This document shows, piece by piece, positions 58,458-64,000 of a DNA stretch of 64,000 nt. The notes beneath the pieces are model-generated. The model did not search any database and was not told the origin of the DNA. It was given only the letters and a program-made list of their open reading frames with translations. This DNA comes from a virus: IMG/VR virus record IMGVR_UViG_3300027974_000021; one strand, 5' to 3'. How positions within the stretch are numbered: the first letter of the stretch is position 1; every line of letters starts with the position of its first letter. The position numbers were made by a program, and so were the translations under genes.

Positions 58458-58664
58458 ATGGGAAATGTGAAAAATTGGTTAATGCAAATGGAAGATGATA
58501 CATTTGTATTATCTAGAGAAGAGTTTGTTAAAAAACATGGTGAAAGACAAGCTAAGAGTATCTTTGATAAATTACAAGACCCAGAGTTTGATTTAACTGA
58601 CGCACAACAAGCAATGGCTGAAGTTGCTTTAGATTTAGAAATAGCAGCAGAGGAGGGTAGATAA
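58458..58664 (+). CDS. Hypothetical early protein
   Basis: AAGGAG RBS; MGNVKNWLMQMEDD. Confidence 0.7.
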   Translation: MGNVKNWLMQMEDDTFVLSREEFVKKHGERQAKSIFDKLQDPEFDLTDAQQAMAEVALDLEIAAEEGR

Positions 58665-58665
58665 T

Positions 58666-58986
58666 ATGTTTCCTCTTAGAGAACCACTTCCTTATGCAAC
58701 ATTTGGTATAGCTGACTACAAATATTCACCACATAGAATTACTTTATTAAAAGTTGTTAATTCAGTATGGCAAGATTATTTGGGTGGAGTTATTTGTGAT
58801 GTAGTGAGCACAGAAGATGGTGTTTTTGAAGCAATGGCAAGACCTGAAACTGTAAGTGCTGAATTTACAAATAGAATTAAAGCATTCGAAGATGCTGATG
58901 ATATCTTTAATGATATAAATTATTTAGAAATTAAAGATGATTTAGAAACATTTGTAGATGAAAACAATATAAGCCATAGTCACTAA
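58666..58986 (+). CDS. Hypothetical protein
   Basis: 106-aa acidic ORF, GAGG RBS. Confidence 0.6.
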   Translation: MFPLREPLPYATFGIADYKYSPHRITLLKVVNSVWQDYLGGVICDVVSTEDGVFEAMARPETVSAEFTNRIKAFEDADDIFNDINYLEIKDDLETFVDENNISHSH

Positions 58987-59109
58987 TATGCTTAATACAT
59001 TTTTATTAATTGTTTTAATTTGGGGGATTTACTCTCACGTACAAGTACAAAGACGTATAGAACTTCACTTAGAAGAAATAAAATATAATCTAAGAGAAAG
59101 AATGAGAAA

Positions 59110-59319
59110 ATGAAAGAAGTCACTATCATTAGAAATAGAAAATCTAAAACTTTTACATTTAACAAAAATACTTTCTTAAAATTCTTAGATGAAAAAGAAT
59201 ATTTTAGATCTGAAGAGTTAGCAAAACAAGTAGTAAATGAAGTTTGGGCATTAGAAAAAGGTGAAAGTTTTAAAGTAATGGGATATATGTTCACAACAGA
59301 AAATTATATAAATGATTAA
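59110..59319 (+). CDS. Hypothetical protein
   Basis: 69-aa ORF. Confidence 0.55.
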   Translation: MKEVTIIRNRKSKTFTFNKNTFLKFLDEKEYFRSEELAKQVVNEVWALEKGESFKVMGYMFTTENYIND

Positions 59320-59575
59320 ACAATTAGTAATACCAAAACAAACACATTATTGTGCTGATGCCTATGCATCATCAATTGATAAAACCACAATAAATTTTAT
59401 CAAAGAATATATGTTTTTAAAACTTAAATTTAAAGCAGAAGTGAAATATAATGAGCAAAAAGATATTACTTTTGTTGAAATAGATCAAATTGATGGCGAT
59501 TATACAAATGTCGTTATGTTAAAAGGTAATCCACAAGTAAATAATATTAAAGATTGGTTAATAAACAAATGGTAA
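59312..59575 (+). CDS. Hypothetical protein
   Basis: 87-aa ORF overlapping its neighbours. Confidence 0.55.
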   Translation: MIKQLVIPKQTHYCADAYASSIDKTTINFIKEYMFLKLKFKAEVKYNEQKDITFVEIDQIDGDYTNVVMLKGNPQVNNIKDWLINKW

Positions 59576-59784
59576 ATAATAACATAATTTTAATAGAAGA
59601 ATATAAAAAGAAACTAGACCAGCAAGAAAAACTTATTGCAGAACAATCTTTTAAAATAAATGATTTAAAAGATGTGATTGATCGTATGCACGAAGATATG
59701 GAAAATTTAACAAGAACCATAAAAAAAATGACATACTTAGATCCTGTTGATAGTATGTCTTTTAAAGATGATGAGAAAGATTAA
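59569..59784 (+). CDS. Small coiled-coil protein
   Basis: Heptad pattern. Confidence 0.55.
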   Translation: MVNNNIILIEEYKKKLDQQEKLIAEQSFKINDLKDVIDRMHEDMENLTRTIKKMTYLDPVDSMSFKDDEKD

Positions 59785-59790
59785 TATTAA

Positions 59791-60033
59791 ATGAACGATC
59801 CAATAAGACAACAGGACTTATATCATCTTTATGCCAGTATTCGTGAACGTTTGCATAGGATAGCAAATGAAAATCATCCAGATCCTCTGCAGAATCAGAT
59901 CCGTCGCGAGATGGCAGAAGAATTGCTAGAATATTTACGCAATAATGAAGCAGGATTAAATAGTCAAGTTAGTTATAAAGAACAATGGATAACTGGTGAA
60001 ATAGAAAATAGAAAGAATAATCAATATGAATAA
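59791..60033 (+). CDS. Hypothetical protein
   Basis: 80-aa ORF. Confidence 0.55.
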   Translation: MNDPIRQQDLYHLYASIRERLHRIANENHPDPLQNQIRREMAEELLEYLRNNEAGLNSQVSYKEQWITGEIENRKNNQYE

Positions 60034-60165
60034 AAAGAAAAAATTAAGTAAAAAATGGGTATTGGATGGTTTTTATTTTGATGGTAAAGATCACTTTGAT
60101 TTATATAAAGATCATAGTGGTAATGTAAAACGTGTTAAACAAAAGAAAAAATTAAAAGTTTGTTA

Positions 60166-60708
60166 ATGCAAAAAGAACCAGTTAAATGGTATGATCGCTC
60201 GGCTGATTTTAGAAGACTTTCAGATATTGAAATGAGTGAATGCTTACGCAAATTAAAAATTTCTAAATTACATGTTAATATTCAAGACGATATGTATATG
60301 TGTCTTGCTAATTTAAGAGATTTAGGTTCTATTTCATCATTTAATAATGAATTAAAAGAAAACTTCTTTGTTTATTGTAAAGAAGTTGGCATAGATATTG
60401 AAAACTATAAAAGATCAGATGAAAAAAGAGTTATGACTGCTTCTTTTGCTAGTATAATATGGGATAAAATAGTTAAATTAATAAATGCTAATGAAGCAGA
60501 TTCTTCTAAAAGAGTTAAGGGTATAAAAAAACTAGTTCTCTTTCGTTTATTACAAAAAGAATTACCAGATCTTGATAAGAAACATATTCATAAGAATGTA
60601 AAGAATAATATTAAATTAGGTGCTTTAGAATATCATCAACAATCAAAATCAAGTAAGTTAATTCGTAAAGGACAATACTGGAGCACGTATGTTAAAGTCA
60701 ATAAGTAA
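60166..60708 (+). CDS. Hypothetical protein (possible C-terminal winged helix)
   Basis: About 180-aa basic ORF. Confidence 0.55.
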   Translation: MQKEPVKWYDRSADFRRLSDIEMSECLRKLKISKLHVNIQDDMYMCLANLRDLGSISSFNNELKENFFVYCKEVGIDIENYKRSDEKRVMTASFASIIWDKIVKLINANEADSSKRVKGIKKLVLFRLLQKELPDLDKKHIHKNVKNNIKLGALEYHQQSKSSKLIRKGQYWSTYVKVNK

Positions 60709-61534
60709 TTTTAGTTGGGAAGAATTTTCAACACGTAATAATTTATATTTTCGTGTTGCTTATTATATTTTTGTACATGTATTAGCATTACTCGCATTTA
60801 AATATGCTACACTAACTACATTCTTTACATTTATATTATTCTGGTGGTTTGGTGCTTGGGCTGTATCAGGTTATACTCATAGAACACTATCACATAAATC
60901 TATTGTAGTTAAGAATAAATATTTAGAGCATTTAAGTAATATATTTGCTATATACGCAGGGATTGGCACACCTTTAGGATGGGCAGCATTGCATCGTATG
61001 CATCACACTCATCTTGATACTGAGTTAGATCCACATAGCCCACATAGAATAGGGTTTTGGAGATCTTATTTACATTTATGGGATTGGCGTAAAGAAGATG
61101 TACCATTAAAATATACAGCAGGATTATTTCGTAATCGTATTGCTGTTTATTATCACAATCGTGCTTTACCTACTTTATTATTATTCTGGTTTGGTTTATT
61201 CTTTATATCAGAATTTTTAAAAGTAAATCTAGGACTATTAGGTGGATTAGAAGTTTGTATTGGTGCAGCATTAGCTGTAGTTGCAGGATTGCATGGTATG
61301 GGTGTGACAAATGCAGTAAGTCATAGTCACGAAATACCAAAACAAGTTGTGTCTCTTGATCCAATCGCAGGAGCATTCGTTAATTGGGGCGAAGGAAATC
61401 ATGAATATCATCACGCAAAACCAATGAATTATAGTTTTGGTGATGGCATATCAGATCCTGTCGCAAGAACTGCCGAATTATTCGAAAAATTAGAATTAGT
61501 TCAAATCAACAGAACGAGTGAATTAAATGGATAA
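60689..61534 (+). CDS. Membrane fatty-acid (delta-9-like) desaturase
   Basis: His boxes HRTLSH, HRMHH and HEYHH, DPHSP, TM segments. Confidence 0.9.
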   Translation: MLKSISNFSWEEFSTRNNLYFRVAYYIFVHVLALLAFKYATLTTFFTFILFWWFGAWAVSGYTHRTLSHKSIVVKNKYLEHLSNIFAIYAGIGTPLGWAALHRMHHTHLDTELDPHSPHRIGFWRSYLHLWDWRKEDVPLKYTAGLFRNRIAVYYHNRALPTLLLFWFGLFFISEFLKVNLGLLGGLEVCIGAALAVVAGLHGMGVTNAVSHSHEIPKQVVSLDPIAGAFVNWGEGNHEYHHAKPMNYSFGDGISDPVARTAELFEKLELVQINRTSELNG

Positions 61535-61692
61535 AACATTATATAAAACTGGTATATTTTTTGCTGTAATAACAATTATAGCATTTTTTTTAATTTCGTG
61601 TACAACTACTCCAACGGAAACTACAAAACCGATGGAAAAAGTTATAGATGGATTTAAAAGTATAATCATACCAACACCATAATCCGTTTTAT

Positions 61693-61769
61693 TCACTCGT
61701 AGTTCAATTGGATAGAATACCAGTCTACGAAACTGGGGGTTGCAAGTTCGAGTCTTGCCGAGTGAGCCA
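61693..61769 (+). tRNA. tRNA-Arg(ACG)
   Basis: Acceptor stem TCACTCG/CGAGTGA, anticodon arm CCAGT-CT-ACG-AA-ACTGG, T arm GCAAG-TTCGAGT-CTTGC, encoded CCA. Confidence 0.95.
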
Positions 61770-61790
61770 AATGATAACTAAATAGATTAT

Positions 61791-62462
61791 ATGAATTTTG
61801 TTGTAAATTTACCACATATACAATGCTGGATTAAAAAAGAGTTTCTCTATGACTTTAAAAAAGGTTTCGGAGAATATGTTCCATGTACTTGGGTGACTCT
61901 TAAATCTATTCCACGTAGAGCATTCTACATTGAGAGTTATTTACCAGAGTATGGAGCACTCTATGATAAACTTCCTATAAGTGCTTATGTGTGGAAAACT
62001 GATATTGATTTAGATAAACAACTTCCTTTAGATTTTTTACAACTATGGGATGGTTTTAGTTATCATATTACAGTAATTGAAAAACAATACCTACAACATT
62101 CTCGTGTTGAGATTATATTAAGAGATGGTTCACGTATGGGTGGTGAATATCTATTTACAGTAGATAGTGCTCATGCTGATCCAAATATTCCAAACGTCAC
62201 CGAGTCAGAAGTTCCTACAGAACACAAATCACACAATATTGGTAAATTAGATAATGGGCAATGGTTCGCTCAGCCAAATAATCGTATGCTTTTCTTCGAA
62301 TCAAGTGCAAATAAAGCTAAAGGTTTAAATGTGCCTGATTTTAAAGTAAGTTCAAAATATTATCATTGTGAACAGAATCCAAAATGGGTATTCGGAGATT
62401 CCGATGAATACTTTTATCCATCATATGAAATCAACAAGAAACCTACTAAAAATGATAATTAA
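61791..62462 (+). CDS. Conserved hypothetical phage protein
   Basis: GALYDKLPISA, LQLWD, YLFTVD, EHKSHN...AQPNNR. Confidence 0.75.
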   Translation: MNFVVNLPHIQCWIKKEFLYDFKKGFGEYVPCTWVTLKSIPRRAFYIESYLPEYGALYDKLPISAYVWKTDIDLDKQLPLDFLQLWDGFSYHITVIEKQYLQHSRVEIILRDGSRMGGEYLFTVDSAHADPNIPNVTESEVPTEHKSHNIGKLDNGQWFAQPNNRMLFFESSANKAKGLNVPDFKVSSKYYHCEQNPKWVFGDSDEYFYPSYEINKKPTKNDN

Positions 62463-63135
62463 TCATAAAGCATTAGATTCTAAACTTTGTCCTTTACCAT
62501 TAACTGCAGAGGGTATGCAGTGGATGGAAAATGATAATACATATGAAAAACAAACTAAATTATGGGTGCCAATTAAATACCATAATTCTGATTTTTTAAA
62601 ATGGACTATGAATATAGGATTAAGTATTACAGACATAGAATTATTTTGTAATCCAGCAAATCATTCAATGCCTGTACATCTAGATGGAAATGAATTACAT
62701 GATGAATTTAAATTGAATTATGCATTTAATCCAAGAGGAAATAGTTTAATGAATTGGTTTAAACCAAAACCTAACACAATTGGCAAACGTGAGGGTGTTA
62801 GATATAAAAATAAAGATGAGAGAAATATTGATACAGCAGATTTATATTGGTATCCTGAAGAAGTTGATTTAATTGAAAGTCATGATGTTGAAGTTTCAAT
62901 TGTTCAAGTAGGACAACCACATAACGTGACAACTACTCAACATTCTAGAAAATGTTTGTCTTGTGTATTTGATAAGAGACTTGTAAATGGTTATACTACA
63001 AACGAAGATATTATATTAAAAGAAGATCTACACATAATTGCGAAAAGAAGAGATGAAGCTGTTGGTAAAAAAATACTTCAAGATATTGTTCCTATGTGGG
63101 AAGCAATAGATTTATTTAAAAAATATATTATATGA
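62452..63135 (+). CDS. DSBH/2OG-Fe(II)-like protein, paralog family A
   Basis: VHLD...KLNY...WFKPK...VGQPHNV...RKCLS. Confidence 0.65.
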   Translation: MIINHKALDSKLCPLPLTAEGMQWMENDNTYEKQTKLWVPIKYHNSDFLKWTMNIGLSITDIELFCNPANHSMPVHLDGNELHDEFKLNYAFNPRGNSLMNWFKPKPNTIGKREGVRYKNKDERNIDTADLYWYPEEVDLIESHDVEVSIVQVGQPHNVTTTQHSRKCLSCVFDKRLVNGYTTNEDIILKEDLHIIAKRRDEAVGKKILQDIVPMWEAIDLFKKYII

Positions 63136-63305
63136 GTCAAGGAACAATTATAGAAACTGCAGCGAATACAGTTTATTGTGATGGCTACGATTCTAGTGTA
63201 GATGACGATACTCATCCAAGAGTATTTTATACATTAAAAGAATATAAAGATGGTGAAACAAAAGCTGTTTGTTTTTATTGTGGTACAATTTTTAAAAAAA
63301 TATGA
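63132..63305 (+). CDS. zf-CHCC zinc-finger protein (NDUFS6-like; 57 aa, not in ORF track)
   Basis: VYCDG...HPRVF...CFYCGTIF. Confidence 0.75.
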   Translation: MSQGTIIETAANTVYCDGYDSSVDDDTHPRVFYTLKEYKDGETKAVCFYCGTIFKKI

Positions 63306-63895
63306 AAAACATTTATTGCGCAAATTTAAAACTTCCAGTTAATGATGTGATGATAGATAAAAATTGGTTAAGTAAAATGCCAAACAAAGGACACTTTCCT
63401 ATACCAGAAAAAGAAGTAAATCCTGAATTATTAGATTTTTTTGAAGGAAAGGGGATGTACTTAAAAAATGCTGATGTGTTTTGTTCTCCTCCAGGATTTT
63501 ATTTACAAATACATATCGATGGAACTGATTTAGGAACAAATTCGTGTGCGATTAACTGGCAATATTGTTCTGAAAAAGGATCTTATATGCAATGGTGGAA
63601 TCCAAAACCTGAATTCGCAAATAAAAATATTATAGAGCCAGAAAGTTTTAGTGAAAATAGTTATAAAATAGAAACAACACCATATGCTTATGCTTGGACT
63701 CCTGAAGAATGTGATTTGGTTAATACTTCTGAAGTAGGTTTTCCATCATTAGTAAATATAGGTGTGCCACACTCAATGAAAAATGATACAAAAGTTAATC
63801 GATATGCGATTAGTTTGACATGGAAACGTTATAATGGTTCAACAGTAGAATGGGATTATGTATATGAGAAATTACAGTCATACGTTGTGGCGTGA
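63302..63895 (+). CDS. DSBH/2OG-Fe(II)-like protein, paralog family A
   Basis: IHID...AINW...QWWNPK...PSLVNIGVPHSM...RYAISL. Confidence 0.65.
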   Translation: MKNIYCANLKLPVNDVMIDKNWLSKMPNKGHFPIPEKEVNPELLDFFEGKGMYLKNADVFCSPPGFYLQIHIDGTDLGTNSCAINWQYCSEKGSYMQWWNPKPEFANKNIIEPESFSENSYKIETTPYAYAWTPEECDLVNTSEVGFPSLVNIGVPHSMKNDTKVNRYAISLTWKRYNGSTVEWDYVYEKLQSYVVA

Positions 63896-64000
63896 ATTAA
63901 ATCTGCCAATATCACCGATTAAAAAGGATTATGTATTTCCTAAAGAATCAGATCAAGATATAGTAGCAAAATACACAGACCATTATCATGAAAGACATTT
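63864..64000 (+). CDS. Partial ORF, probably another family A paralog
   Basis: MRNYSHTLWRELNLPISPIK resembles the L.LP..P starts of the other paralogs; runs off the window. Confidence 0.45.
   Translation, partial: MRNYSHTLWRELNLPISPIKKDYVFPKESDQDIVAKYTDHYHERH

Noticed and set aside
1-64000. CRISPR array or regularly spaced repeats
   Set aside because: None seen; the only tandem repeats are short coding ones and AATTAAGGCG x2 near 3799-3819
1-64000. Stop-codon reassignment
   Set aside because: Core genes are full length under the standard code, and TAA, TAG and TGA all end genes
1-64000. Avoidance of GATC, GANTC, GCGC or GTAC
   Set aside because: All occur repeatedly. GGCC and CCGG look rare, but low GC and codon bias could explain that without a computed test

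Overview
A 64-kb, very AT-rich segment of a T4-like myovirus genome, with essentially all genes on the + strand. It holds the replication/recombination core (gp47, gp46, gp45, gp44, gp62, regA, gp43, uvsX, gp41, gp61, nrdA, nrdB, rnh) in the order typical of aquatic T4-like phages. Auxiliary genes include peptide deformylase, Hsp20, a MoxR/CobS AAA+ with a vWA partner, a desaturase, a class III aminotransferase, many 2OG-Fe(II)-type oxygenases and tRNA-Arg. Spanins imply a Gram-negative host. Low GC, an RpoH-like promoter and a zf-CHCC gene point to a streamlined alphaproteobacterium such as SAR11/LD12 (inference). Top findings: (1) a TET/JBP dioxygenase + T4 beta-glucosyltransferase-like + HAD operon directly after the helicase, where both modifying enzymes carry the same SLxxF(F/L) sliding-clamp peptide as the DNA polymerase, suggesting replisome-tethered DNA hypermodification; (2) apparently total avoidance of GTWAC; (3) a late block of probable capsid-packaged proteins containing three unrelated nucleotidyltransferase folds; (4) a ROSE-like RNA thermometer before the hsp20 operon; (5) a dnaX-type -1 frameshift candidate. 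All family calls come from motif recognition by eye; no database searches were run.
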